The position numbers and the translations under genes were made by a program. A DNA stretch of 64,000 nucleotides from Poseidonia sp. (GTDB lineage Archaea > Thermoplasmatota > Poseidoniia > Poseidoniales > Poseidoniaceae): NCBI GenBank assembly GCA_016778305.1, contig JADHPT010000001.1, forward strand, positions 64,320-128,319, read 5' to 3'. Below are positions 51,601 to 62,000 of this stretch, in pieces (within the stretch, counting starts at the first letter, position 1; every line of letters begins with the position of its first letter). The notes beneath the pieces were generated by a model, which had not been told where the DNA came from, made no database searches, and saw only the letters and a program-made list of their open reading frames with translations.

Positions 51601-51705
51601 GGATCGAATTCGATGGCGAAGAAACTAGGTCTTGTTCGCCAAGTGAATGAAACAGACGACATCATGGACGCCGCATTGGTTGACGACATTGTTGATGCAT
51701 GGTGA
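48682..51705 (+). CDS. MMPL/RND-family transporter
   Basis: Two repeats of TM + large extracellular loop + 5 TM; GVSYGLHI..RY, TGRAVFLSAVTT, GVGVDFSIHI..R; GAGGTGA SD before TTG. Confidence 0.88.
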   Translation: MSTADESSSSPSGPVESPGNKRIDSIAKSSRQIREQLAGQIKTLDSKRAIDAVLDAPKRMKREWEKTGATGAITKFPIPTILVFLLLTVYFVTQSGFLDDTQFDDDPENPALNVNGDMEVYLPDGSKVAELISKVEEDWSTNVMVVYIESSKQNITQQRILQEISYVENILNPYLSDDSDDVIYILSLSTVLKEVNSSAPRIREAIVTEIGELGCANQNDDCASRSLAEEVNDAFALTDEELGGSYEVPSQTTIDLVIGEMYEEDGSPSSGLDKLARDIEGGEDGGPDGILDRAIMAIAVTESRPAKDIIEDTQEMLDTISKMERPCEFTENGDPADNRVCDWEELGLSMVLTGPVPITNAVTEFSFRLFWEIFPMAVLLVAIGLFIFHSDLLQTGLTGMRPLQGFKVLVIAGLPTLCAVFWTLGILGATNYEVTMTVIIVGPILLALGVSYGLHITNRYAEEEGTRDEKMRASLSSTGRAVFLSAVTTVIGFISLVFTPMAPIQTVGIALSGGIVVVYFLTMFMVPNLTLILDLKKPKHPPLKAFDVLVEVPLRYNKGVIGVFLLLILVSATVGQANVEENIDLLGMAPEGESSVVKMKQYSQEFEAGQVGMVLVNANVSGDSNDNDNTNDDPVELLTQINTLEASLNNIENTTAVSVVFLMKSSGIQVTVSGEQFNEFIQQVPCAGSEQCEDVKTTAEVLLNQSQSIDGSFWDLLTRPGDFGLPGSQQSEIFLLDVFYASLTKETREIFISSDYSRSLIYVDMPFIPVADTSKSVDLVNERTSSFTGLHGETAEDLTGVAATAIEVNELIVGSQWTSLGFAIILTLITLAVVFRDIRYSIWTTSPVIATVALQWLVMWQMDVPLSLVTVMIGSILVGVGVDFSIHIANRIRELGGGIDAIRSAAVGTGMSLFEAAVVTSLGMFTAYNIPIPEIQPFITVILILLWVAAASALILLPAIFVTLEKMGIGAVSGSNSMAKKLGLVRQVNETDDIMDAALVDDIVDAW

Positions 51706-51742
51706 GCGAGCAATCCATAGACCCCCACCCCTACGGAGAATC

Positions 51743-52216
51743 ATGAACCATTGGCTCATGAAGTCAGAACCCGATGTCTATCCCTTTCGTCAACTCGTTG
51801 AAGACGGGCAAACACATTGGGACGGAGTCCGGAATTACCAGGCAAGGAATATGATGCGTGATGCAATGAAACAAGGAGATCTCGTTCTTTTCTATCACTC
51901 CAATACGAAGCCACCTCATGTGGCTGGAGTAGCTCGGGTTTTGAATGAGGGCTACCCCGATTTCACATCGTGGGATTCCAATGGCAAATACTTTGATGAA
52001 AAATCCACACCTGAAAACCCACGTTGGTTCATGGTAGACCTCGAACCTTTGATCGAACTTGAGCCAGTTTCGCTTCATGATATGAAAGAGAACCCTTCGC
52101 TTGAAGGAATGCCACTTTTACAGCGAGGACAACGACTATCTGTCCAAGCCGTCTCAGCAGAACATTTTGATGAAGTTCTCAATATGGCAGGTACAGGCCG
52201 AGCCTCGCTGAAGTAA
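51743..52216 (+). CDS. EVE-domain protein (THYN1-like)
   Basis: WLMKSEP, WDGVRNYQARN, GDLVLFYHSN, PRWFMVD, RLSVQ.V. Confidence 0.93.
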   Translation: MNHWLMKSEPDVYPFRQLVEDGQTHWDGVRNYQARNMMRDAMKQGDLVLFYHSNTKPPHVAGVARVLNEGYPDFTSWDSNGKYFDEKSTPENPRWFMVDLEPLIELEPVSLHDMKENPSLEGMPLLQRGQRLSVQAVSAEHFDEVLNMAGTGRASLK

Positions 52217-52227
52217 GGTTGTGAGCG

Positions 52228-53442
52228 ATGATGGTTGACATGATTCCCGTATCCTCGAGGGCATCGAGCATTGAATACGCCATTCGTGACGTCGTCGTGC
52301 CAGCAACTGAACTTGAGCGACAGGGTCATAATATCATCAAGCTCAATATTGGAGATCCAATTGCCTATCCTGGTCTTCCTACACCACCTCACATGGTGGA
52401 TGCCTATGTCCAGGCACTCAAAGAAGGGAGAAACGGATATTCTCCATCCTATGGATTGCCAGAACTTCGCAAGGCAATCGCTGAAGACGAACAACGGAAG
52501 GGTTGGCCAGCGACCGAGAATGATGTTTATGTGTGCCATGGTGTAACTGAAGCCTTGCAACTCATTTTCGCTGCTGTGCTTGAGGATGGGACACAAGTCC
52601 TTGCTCCGGGCCCCCACTATCCACCGTATATGGCCTATCCCCAAATGTATGGGGCAGAAACTGTCGAATACACACTCAAAAGCGACGAGGGGTGGCATCT
52701 TGATTTTGATGACATTGAAGGGAAAATGAACGACAGTGTTAGGTTGCTTGTACTCATCAATCCTAACAACCCATGTGGGACTGTTTGTGGTGCAGCAGAT
52801 ATTGATCGTCTATTGGATATCGCAAGAAAGTACCCCAATTGTATCATGGTAGCGGATGAAATTTATGACGGACTCGATTTCAGTGGACAACATGTATCTG
52901 TGGCAAGTAGGAGTCATGATCTTCCCGTCATTTCTCTCAACGGTGTCTCGAAAGTGTACTACGCTCCAGGTTGGCGCATTGGTTATATGGCTCTCCACGA
53001 CCCTACGGGGCGTATGTCACTGGTACGAGATGGATTGGAACGTCTTCTACGTTCACGTCTCTGTGCGTCAACCCCAGCGCAACTTGGTTATCTCGCAGGA
53101 CTCAACAGTGACCGCAGTTGGATGCAGGAATATTCAACCCGCGTCCTGAAGCAACGTGATTATTGCATCGATAGGATTGCAACGATTGAAGGTCTCGAGG
53201 TAGAACAACCTGGCGGTGCGTTTTACATGTTCGTCCGATTAACAGACGAACAGTGGATGAACGACGACAAGAGATTTGTCTTGGATTTGCTGCACGAAGA
53301 GCATGTTCTTCTGGTACATGGAAGTGGTTTTTCACCTGAATTAGGCAAGGGGCACGTACGATTGGTATATCTTGCTAACCTGGAAGTTCTCCGTGAGGTC
53401 TTTGACAGAATTGAGCGTTTCCTCATACGACACCGTGCGTAG
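52228..53442 (+). CDS. Class I/II PLP aminotransferase (alanine aminotransferase-like)
   Basis: IEYAIRD, KLNIGDP, INPNNPCG, ADEIYD, NGVSKVY.APGWRIG. Confidence 0.92.
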   Translation: MMVDMIPVSSRASSIEYAIRDVVVPATELERQGHNIIKLNIGDPIAYPGLPTPPHMVDAYVQALKEGRNGYSPSYGLPELRKAIAEDEQRKGWPATENDVYVCHGVTEALQLIFAAVLEDGTQVLAPGPHYPPYMAYPQMYGAETVEYTLKSDEGWHLDFDDIEGKMNDSVRLLVLINPNNPCGTVCGAADIDRLLDIARKYPNCIMVADEIYDGLDFSGQHVSVASRSHDLPVISLNGVSKVYYAPGWRIGYMALHDPTGRMSLVRDGLERLLRSRLCASTPAQLGYLAGLNSDRSWMQEYSTRVLKQRDYCIDRIATIEGLEVEQPGGAFYMFVRLTDEQWMNDDKRFVLDLLHEEHVLLVHGSGFSPELGKGHVRLVYLANLEVLREVFDRIERFLIRHRA

Positions 53443-53453
53443 GAGGAGATTTG

Positions 53454-56400
53454 ATGAAGCGTGAACGACGGGGAAGCAACATGGGAACAGGAAGGCGCGT
53501 GAAGACACTCCTCCTTGGTGTTCTCATTTCTATCATCTTTATCCCACTCGCATCAGCTGCCACCGTGTCCACATCCGGTTCATTTTCGTTAGAATTGATG
53601 GCTCCTCTAATCTTGGCCCTCGTCATTGCGTATTTTGTTCGGAGATGGTTTATTCCTCAACAATTGAAAAATCTCCAAGTGGCGTTTGAGATTGATGATG
53701 ATTTGTATGAAGTTCACAGAATAACGAGGACCTTGCGAGACGCTCGGAAATTATTGAGGCAAGGTACCGTTGGTTACGGTGTATTGCTCTACATGATGGG
53801 GCTCACAGGTGTGTTGGTATTGATCATGGAACTCCTTTTCGATGCGGATACATTCTCTCAAATCAATCTCTACGTCATCGCTACATTCATTTTCATACCC
53901 GTTTTCATTTCGCCGTGGGAAACACTCAATGGACAATTGCTCGGCCGACGGTCCCGTGAAACCCGTTCATCGATTAGTGGGGACGTTATCCGGCGTATCA
54001 CGACCCTTGCTATTCTGGTCATCATTACCTTGATTGTAGTCGTATATGGTATCAGTCTGAAAGGCGAGGTGACACCAACATGGCTCGCCTTCGCCATGCT
54101 CACCTTCATGGCTCCTACCATTTTTGCATACGGTCGCATCATGGGTGCCTCTTGGAACATGTTGCTCATTAACAAATGGCGCACCACCCGCGGACGTCTC
54201 AATCCAATCGACCCTGAGAAAAATGGATTCATTGGACGTCTCTTTTCCTTCATTCTCGTTCTCTTCCTTATTACCATGCCAATCACGGCACTGAATGGAA
54301 TGTTGACGGTCTTGTATGTGATGCTTGAAAATCCCTCTAGTGGTGAAGAAATTCTCAATTACGGAGGCATCATTGGTTATTCTATCTTCATTCGGATTGA
54401 CGTTATTTCTGAAATTTTATTTCATTGGGAGTTCGTAAAATCCCTCCCCCAATTTCTCTCCCTTTATCTCACACTCAATATCGCAATCGTTGGCCTTGCA
54501 TTCATTTTTGAATTAACCCGAAACTTGATTCTCGGGGGGCAAACATTCGGTGGCCTCTTTGGGGTGACCCTTGATACGCCTCGTGAAATTCGAACTGAAA
54601 AAGCAGCGCAAGCACGACAATTGACCTTTGCATTTGCAGGTTTTTCAGGCTATACTGTCCTTCTTTTGATTCTCGTTTGTTACAAAGAATTCGGGGATCT
54701 TATGCCCCTCACCGGTTGGCTCGAAAGTAATGGCTTTTCAGAATATTATCGTCTGCTTACCGTATGGATGTTTATTGCGGTTGGTCAAGCTGTTTTCATG
54801 TTGACATGGTTGCTCTCAATGTCCCGTTTTTCATCATTAACACGTTTGAAATTTGACCTTAACCCGGATGAACGGAGGGAAGGCGCAGTCAAGTTACAAG
54901 GTGGTGACCGTCTTCAGAACCTTGTTGAAACTGCAGCACTGAATGAAGATATCGACCTCTTAATCAAAGTACAAACTCATGATTTTCCAGGAGATCAAGC
55001 CCTGATCCGACAAGAACAATCACGTGCCTCAATGTGGGAAAAAGCACTGCGAGGGTTGTGGCCCCAAGCCATTGAAGAAAGTCGAAAGCTTCTCGCCCAA
55101 GCAGGTGGAGATGACGACGAGGCTCGAATGATTATTGCTACTGGATACATGGCTCTTCGTCGTTTGGATGCAGCGCGTGAAGCCCTGCATGGACTCCAAC
55201 AACCCGAGGGCTATGATGAGCCGGAGATCCTCTCATTCGTTTGTGAATGGTTGGATCCTTGGCACGGTTCAGTGACTGAAGATGACCTATGGGATTGGGA
55301 AAATAATTCTGCCATTGATCATATTCAAATGCTTCAAGGAATTTTTGGCTACTGGAAACCTCAGCCCAACGATATGCTGGTCGGGAGTGACAGAATTTCC
55401 CTAATCGGTCAGTTGTCAATGGTCGCCCTTCTACGGGCTCAACGTCGCTATGAGGAAGCACTCGAATTAGCGATATCATTGGTGCGCAAGGATCCCACGG
55501 GTGTGCGACCCCGCATTGCAGTGACGCTCTGTCTGCTCGATACTGGGCAATGGCATGACGCTAAAAGCATCCTAGATGAGTTGATAAAAAGTGATAGCAA
55601 AGACCCTCGGGTGATGGCCGTTGCTGTTATCTTTGGCTACGGTAAAAAAGGACGGGAAAACCTCGAAGTGTCACTCATTCTGGACAGTGACAAGGAAGCC
55701 AAGAAATGGCTTGACGAAGCGCCGGTCAATGCTTATGCTGCTCTTAAGCAAAAAGGAGGCGTGGATGAAGCATTGAACGCAAACGTCATGATCGCTGCCC
55801 ATGAAGCAGCCAGGACAGCTATGCCTCCCCGATTTTCCCAAGGGCTCCTGTCAGTCATTTTCACCTATTTTGTTCTGATTCCCATGTGGATTGTCCTCAG
55901 TATATTGACGTACCAAGAAGTCGGTCAAACTGAAGGTTTGACCCTTCTAGGAGTTCTGCTTACATTGCATTTTAGTTATCGCCGTTTCAACAAACAACAG
56001 GAGATGTTGATCAAGCACCGAGACCAACGGGGTATGATGAAGTATGCAAAGAGGATGAAGCGATTTAAGGCCTTACCTACGACTGAAAATATACCCATTG
56101 GGAACCATCTCCTCCTCTCAGGAATTTTGGTCACGGTAAACGGTGTTGTACTGGATATTGGTATGCCGGCATGGATGTACGAGCGTCTGCCAAAGGAATC
56201 CGACAAGAAAGTAAAAGCGCGGCTTCGTCGGCGTGCTATTAGCATTCGAAAGGCACGTCCACCACGTGTACAACCCCTCGGGAAAGCATGGTGGTTGAAG
56301 CGACCAAAGGAGCATGATGAGGCTGGGCCTCATCTTGAACGCGTGATCGGTCCTGTTGCCTATCGTGGCCGCACGAATTACATCCGAAGGAAGGACGCTA

Positions 56401-56516
56401 AATCACTCAATGCGGCTGCCAAGGGCGAGGAGCATGTTGAACAGGAACGTTTTATTCCACGGAATACGATTCGCAGTGAACGCTCAAGAAATTCTTCTCG
56501 ACCCAGCGGACGTTGA
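53454..56516 (+). CDS. Large membrane protein with central TPR-like region and basic C-terminal tail
   Basis: About 10 N-terminal TMs, helical repeats (ALRRLDAAREAL, LLDTGQWHDAKSILDEL), 2 more TMs, R/K-rich tail; AGGAGG SD. Confidence 0.7.
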   Translation: MKRERRGSNMGTGRRVKTLLLGVLISIIFIPLASAATVSTSGSFSLELMAPLILALVIAYFVRRWFIPQQLKNLQVAFEIDDDLYEVHRITRTLRDARKLLRQGTVGYGVLLYMMGLTGVLVLIMELLFDADTFSQINLYVIATFIFIPVFISPWETLNGQLLGRRSRETRSSISGDVIRRITTLAILVIITLIVVVYGISLKGEVTPTWLAFAMLTFMAPTIFAYGRIMGASWNMLLINKWRTTRGRLNPIDPEKNGFIGRLFSFILVLFLITMPITALNGMLTVLYVMLENPSSGEEILNYGGIIGYSIFIRIDVISEILFHWEFVKSLPQFLSLYLTLNIAIVGLAFIFELTRNLILGGQTFGGLFGVTLDTPREIRTEKAAQARQLTFAFAGFSGYTVLLLILVCYKEFGDLMPLTGWLESNGFSEYYRLLTVWMFIAVGQAVFMLTWLLSMSRFSSLTRLKFDLNPDERREGAVKLQGGDRLQNLVETAALNEDIDLLIKVQTHDFPGDQALIRQEQSRASMWEKALRGLWPQAIEESRKLLAQAGGDDDEARMIIATGYMALRRLDAAREALHGLQQPEGYDEPEILSFVCEWLDPWHGSVTEDDLWDWENNSAIDHIQMLQGIFGYWKPQPNDMLVGSDRISLIGQLSMVALLRAQRRYEEALELAISLVRKDPTGVRPRIAVTLCLLDTGQWHDAKSILDELIKSDSKDPRVMAVAVIFGYGKKGRENLEVSLILDSDKEAKKWLDEAPVNAYAALKQKGGVDEALNANVMIAAHEAARTAMPPRFSQGLLSVIFTYFVLIPMWIVLSILTYQEVGQTEGLTLLGVLLTLHFSYRRFNKQQEMLIKHRDQRGMMKYAKRMKRFKALPTTENIPIGNHLLLSGILVTVNGVVLDIGMPAWMYERLPKESDKKVKARLRRRAISIRKARPPRVQPLGKAWWLKRPKEHDEAGPHLERVIGPVAYRGRTNYIRRKDAKSLNAAAKGEEHVEQERFIPRNTIRSERSRNSSRPSGR

Positions 56517-56565
56517 GAATTTTTCGTCAATCAGTTCAAAGACTGATTCGGATAGTAGGTGTACC

Positions 56566-57879
56566 ATGAGCGAGTCAGATCTAGGTAATTCATCGGAAAT
56601 AACGAATCGTCAACATGCAACCACCGTTCTTAATGCGGTCCAATCCAGCGGACAGCATTATAGAAACGGCCTTGGTATGATCGCTTCGGAAAACATCATT
56701 TCTCCCCTCGTACGCGACATTGTCGGCAGTGATTTACACGGCCGATACGCGGAGGGTTTGCCTGGCAAACGATACTATCAAGGCTGCGAAGATTTTGATA
56801 CCATTGAGGCACTTGGGATTAAACTCGCTCAACGTGTGTTTAATTGTTCATTTGCTAACATTCAATCGATATCAGGGACGGTGAGTAATATCGGGGCACT
56901 GAAAGCACTGGCTCGTCCCGGTGACCGAATCACGGCTGTTTCAACAGCTGATGGTGGCCATATCTCCCATGCTCGAATGGGAGCCGTCGGTCTTCGAGAT
57001 CTCAATCTTACAACATATCCGTGGAATGAAGACAGAATGGAACCAGACGTTGATGCGGCTTGTAAAGTCATTCGTGAAGTGGAGCCCAAGGTCGCCTTGT
57101 TCGGCCAGTCAGTGTTCCTTTTCCCAACCCCTCTTCAAGAAATGGCAGATGCGGCGCACGAAGTTGGAGCCACAGTCATGTATGACGGTGCTCACGTATT
57201 GGGCCTCATTGCTGGCGGGCAATTTCAAGATCCACTCAGAGAGGGTGCAGATCTCATGACGGGTTCGAGCCACAAGACATTCCCCGGACCACAAGGTGGG
57301 TTCCTTCTCTCTTCCTCAACAGATGAGGCAATGCATAAGCGCCTCAACAATGCGATGTTTCCCGGTGTATGTTCCTCCTATCACCTTCATCATGTCGCAG
57401 GAAAAGTCATGGCGCTTACTGAATTTGAAGAATTCGGCAGAGATTATGCTATTGATACCGTGGCCAATGCACAAAGTTTTGCTCAGTCCCTTGCCAGCGA
57501 AGGCTTTGATGTACTTGCTGAAAGTCGAGGGTACACCGCATCGCATCAGGTCCTCACTCGTCATGGTGAAACCGATTCTGGTGCCGGTGCAAAGGCAGCT
57601 CACCTCTTGGAGGAAGCGGGCATCATTACCAACATGAACATGCTTCCAGGGGACACCAAAGCGATGACGCCATCTGGATTGCGATTGGGAGTACAAGAAT
57701 TAACACGCGTGGGCTTCTCAACATCAGACATGGAGGATGTAGCATCCTTTTACGCTCGTGTGTTGCTCAAGGGCGAGGACCCGAAGTCGGTGAAGCGAGA
57801 CGTACATGCTCTCAAGTCCGAACGTCAGACCATCGGTTATTGTTTCAATGACGAAGGCCGCTCGGGCTATCCAGAATGA
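56566..57879 (+). CDS. glyA: Serine hydroxymethyltransferase
   Basis: MIASEN, RYAEG.PGKRYYQG, GGHISH, YDGAHVLGLIAG, SSHKTFPGPQGG, PSGLRLG; ATG at 56566. Confidence 0.97.
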   Translation: MSESDLGNSSEITNRQHATTVLNAVQSSGQHYRNGLGMIASENIISPLVRDIVGSDLHGRYAEGLPGKRYYQGCEDFDTIEALGIKLAQRVFNCSFANIQSISGTVSNIGALKALARPGDRITAVSTADGGHISHARMGAVGLRDLNLTTYPWNEDRMEPDVDAACKVIREVEPKVALFGQSVFLFPTPLQEMADAAHEVGATVMYDGAHVLGLIAGGQFQDPLREGADLMTGSSHKTFPGPQGGFLLSSSTDEAMHKRLNNAMFPGVCSSYHLHHVAGKVMALTEFEEFGRDYAIDTVANAQSFAQSLASEGFDVLAESRGYTASHQVLTRHGETDSGAGAKAAHLLEEAGIITNMNMLPGDTKAMTPSGLRLGVQELTRVGFSTSDMEDVASFYARVLLKGEDPKSVKRDVHALKSERQTIGYCFNDEGRSGYPE

Positions 57880-57894
57880 TGGTGGCGTCATTAC

Positions 57895-58941
57895 ATGGCT
57901 CAGAAATTACCACTTCATGAAAATTATATCTTCGCTAGAAATGGATTTTTTTCTGACGATACGGGCGCACCAGTTGTTTTATTCGGAGTTCGTGAGTTTG
58001 ATCTCTTCTGGGGGTATCTTGACACTTTATTTGAGTCTCCAATGGGTCGTAAATTAATCTACGCTGCGACGGATGCTGAAGAATTGATTCTATCCACGTG
58101 CGCCGAGTTTCAAATTCCACGATTTTTTGGAGGCAAAAAGATCCGAGAACGTTTGCAGAATCGTTGGGTCGCGATGGGATGGGGCAGACTCTCGAATCAA
58201 AACGACCTGATTACAATGCCATGCCATGACGCTTGGTCTGTTGGATTGGCACTTGCACACAAAGAACATTTGACACAACAACGTTGGACAATGAATTGGA
58301 ATCAACGGTCTTCTGAACACATTGATCTTCATTTTGAAGCGAAAGTTGCAAGCCTAGCATCAGTGCAAACTCCGCGCCCGCTCAACTGGGGTACAGCCGA
58401 TTCCTCAGTGAGTGTTTCAGGAGTTCTCGATTTGGAATTGGATGCCCGTAGTTACGGCTTCTTTCACGGTCAACAACGTTCGTTTTTCATGCATGTTTCA
58501 GCTTTTCATCATCTGTATAATGCCCTCATTGGACGACCTTTACGAGATCAGCAAGCCTGGAAGAAGGAATGGTTTATTGATGGAGGGAGCACCAACGAAT
58601 CAGCGCTTTTTTCATCAGTCGCTCATGCAGCTAGGATGTCGTTTCGACAATCCGAAGTTTCGATTTTTCTTCAACAATCTTCAGACTGGACTGAATTGTT
58701 AAATCTACATCTTTCACATCGAGGGCTGGGTGATGTCGTCGTCAATTCAAGCATACTTGACGGCGATTTATCAACAGAATTTTCAATTCATTCTCGCCTC
58801 CCAGCAATCACGTGTGGTCTTCTCGCTGGTATGTTTGAGCGAGCCCACGGCCAACATCCCTTGATGAATGTTACAATACTCGCTACAAATGTTGTTATGA
58901 CCCTCACGTTTCCAACAGTCGATTACGAAGTGAAAACATAA
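57895..58941 (+). CDS. Hypothetical protein with two V4R-like repeats
   Basis: Two similar halves each with a GWG/GLG turn (AMGWGRL; HRGLGDV) and a CGLLAGMFE helix. The V4R call is an inference. Confidence 0.55.
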   Translation: MAQKLPLHENYIFARNGFFSDDTGAPVVLFGVREFDLFWGYLDTLFESPMGRKLIYAATDAEELILSTCAEFQIPRFFGGKKIRERLQNRWVAMGWGRLSNQNDLITMPCHDAWSVGLALAHKEHLTQQRWTMNWNQRSSEHIDLHFEAKVASLASVQTPRPLNWGTADSSVSVSGVLDLELDARSYGFFHGQQRSFFMHVSAFHHLYNALIGRPLRDQQAWKKEWFIDGGSTNESALFSSVAHAARMSFRQSEVSIFLQQSSDWTELLNLHLSHRGLGDVVVNSSILDGDLSTEFSIHSRLPAITCGLLAGMFERAHGQHPLMNVTILATNVVMTLTFPTVDYEVKT

Positions 58942-59043
58942 CACATCTCACCAGTTTATTCGCTTTTCCGGCGCATCTTTGGTCAAGGTTCATAACCGAA
59001 TCACTGCCTCCTTGAAGTTGCACGGATGTGCAGGGTATGACCT

Positions 59044-62000
59044 ATGAGCATCAAACACAATCAAATGGCAACTATCGCTATCATCTCAACCCTCATTTTT
59101 GGAACGCTCTTTGTTGGCATTTCAGGATTTTTCCAGACCAATGAAAGTATCGGAGGTTTCGAATCTGCGGTCGAAGAGGATTTGCGCGGCGAAGCAGACC
59201 TCATGGCTGAGGCAATCGATACCGACGGTGATGGTCTTTCAGACAAACTTGAGGAAACACAATACGGCACAGATGTCAACGATGCTGACACCGATAATGA
59301 TGGAATGAGTGACGGTTGGGAAGTACAACATGGCTTGAATCCACTCGACAACGGTGAATCCGACGATATCAATACGGACCCGACTCAGAGCGAAGAGACT
59401 GAAGACGCTACAATTGCCAACGAAACCGACTCTTGGCCCGATCCTAATCAAGGCCCCACTGGCGATCCTGACCGTGACGGTCTCACCAATCAAGCCGAAC
59501 AAGAATTAGGGACCGACCCGCAGCGAGCTGATACCGATAACGATGGACTCAATGATCGCTGGGAATCACTTTACACGATGGCCGTTCAAACACCTGGTGG
59601 CGAAGTAACACTGTTCAATCCACTTGACGGTAATTGGGATTGTCTCCTCTTGGACCAGGCAATGGTTGACGCTCTTGAGACTCGATTTAACGGTGAAAAT
59701 GGAATAGCGGACTGGGATGATTTGGCATCAAATGACCGACATTCCTGCGACATGGTCCTCGATACGGACGATGACGGTCTTGCTAATTTTGAGGAGGAAG
59801 CCTTTGGGACCAACCCAACAGCCCGAGACTCCGATATGGACCTCATTGATGATATCGTGGAGATTTCAAATGAATCAATCGGCCTCTTCACCGGAATGGG
59901 AGAGAACTGCAACGAAGCGCTGCTTGACCCCGAGCCCCGTATTGGACCATTCTTTGGCGTGGAACGAAGTTGGTTCATGATGGATATGGATGGCGATGGT
60001 CTTCTCAATGGCCCATCAGATTGGGATACGGACGGCGACGGCATGCCTGACGGATTTGAATACTGTTACTCAATTGAGGAACTCGCTCCGAATGCAGCAC
60101 AGGTCCTCAATCCATCCAATGCCTCAGACGGTTATGGCGACTGGGACGAAGACGGCATGAATAATCTCGAAGAATACCAAGTCGCTCAAATCTTTGGCGA
60201 AGGAAACTTCACTTCACCTTGGCTCAAAGACACAGACCAAGATGATATGCCTGACCAGTGGGAAGCAGCCAACGGCCTTCACCCTCGCTCCGCAGTAAAC
60301 CGTAATCAAGACCCAGACAGGGACGGCTGGGATGCAGACAACGACGGACAGGTCATGTTCAGTGCCCTTGAAAATTCAGCAGTCGTACACGCTATTGATG
60401 TTGTCCTCGATGAACAAGTTGAGGCGAATGAAACCGTGGCACGTGCCCGCATTACACTCGGTGGTGGTAATCAACAAATTGTCAATCTTCTCGCACCAGT
60501 GGACGGCTATGTCTATGGCATCCATGTGGCAGTTGGCGACACGGTCGATTCCCGTCTCTTTAGTTGGATTAGCATCGTGGAGGCTGAAGAACAGTTCACA
60601 AACGTCATGGAATACCAAGCTAACGATCGTGACCAAGACGGTGTTTTGGACGGACGAAGTACTGACCCATTGAACGCTGACACCGATGGGGACGGCCTCA
60701 TCGATGGAATTGAAGTGATGGGCTGGGAGATTTTGGTCGTCAACCGAGGTGTGCAACCTACATGGGTCACCTCTGACCCCGGATTGTTTGATACCGATTC
60801 GGACGGTTTGTCTGACTATGCTGAATTTTCAACAGTTTGCAACGGTGGAGGCTCAAACGCATCAAACCCTGACACCGATTCAGACGGATTGACTGACCTT
60901 GAGGAAGCAGGTAATAATTTCATGTGGGATGGAGAAGCATACTCAACAAGCCCGTGCATGTTTGATACAGATAACGACGGACTTGAAGATGGTGAAGAAG
61001 TGGTTGCCGGTGAGGATAACTTCCTAACACACGCCAATAATTCCGATACCGATGATGATGGATTGGTTGATGGACAAGAAGTACTCTTTGTTCCACGACC
61101 GTTCCAGAACCCGACCAATCCACTGTTGAATGATACCGATGCTGACGGTATGCTCGACGGTTGGGAAATGCAAGTCAAATCCACTGAGGACAATACAAAT
61201 TCTCACAGTCTCTGGGTTGCGACCTCGACCTGGCTTCGACCAGGCTGTGACACCAGCAGCCAAAGCAATTCATGCACCATGCAACCTGGTGGATATGAAT
61301 GGCAGAATTGGTTGGGTGGCTTCGCTCTCGAACCTAAGTTTGCAGTGAGTGAGATGAATTTAACTGGTTTCTTAATGCCAGGAAATAGCCTCTGTGATGG
61401 TTGTAACGGGCGATGGGCACTCGATCCATCGTTGGATTCACTCAAAGACGATACATTTGACATCGATAATGACACGCTTGCCAATGGCCTTGAGGGCCCG
61501 GACCGCTGGGACACAAACCCAGTCGACGATGATTCAGACGGTGACCTACTCCCTGATGGATGGGAAGTTTACTACTCACAGCTTGCATTTGAAACAGGTC
61601 TTGTTGACAACTCGACCATCGGCGCATACGGTGCACGTGGTGTTATGGACCCGTCAATGCCTGACAGTGACCTTGATGGTATTGATGATGGATATGAAGA
61701 TCCAGATAATGATGGCCTCAACAAAACTGGGCTCATCAAGCGTTATTGCCCGGGATTCAACGATACCACGAACTCAGAATGTAATATCGATCCGACAACT
61801 CCCGACGGTCAACGCTTCTATGACAACCTAGAGAACTACACCAACTATGAGGAAATGCAAAACGGTACAAATCCAATTACTAACGATACCGATGGTGATG
61901 ACTGGAATGATGGTCCTGAAGTTTACTATCAGGACCACGATGATGACGGCATGGCTACAGGCTGGGAATTCCACTTCCAATTTGATCCGTTTGACGGAGC

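Noticed and set aside
51743-52216. EVE protein as part of a modification-dependent defence system
   Set aside because: It is a stand-alone domain between a transporter and an aminotransferase, with no nuclease or toxin neighbour.
56356-56565. N-terminal extension of glyA in the ORF track (similar cases at EVE, sufS, MBL, adk)
   Set aside because: The extensions overlap upstream genes or promoters; homology and promoter spacing favour the downstream ATGs.
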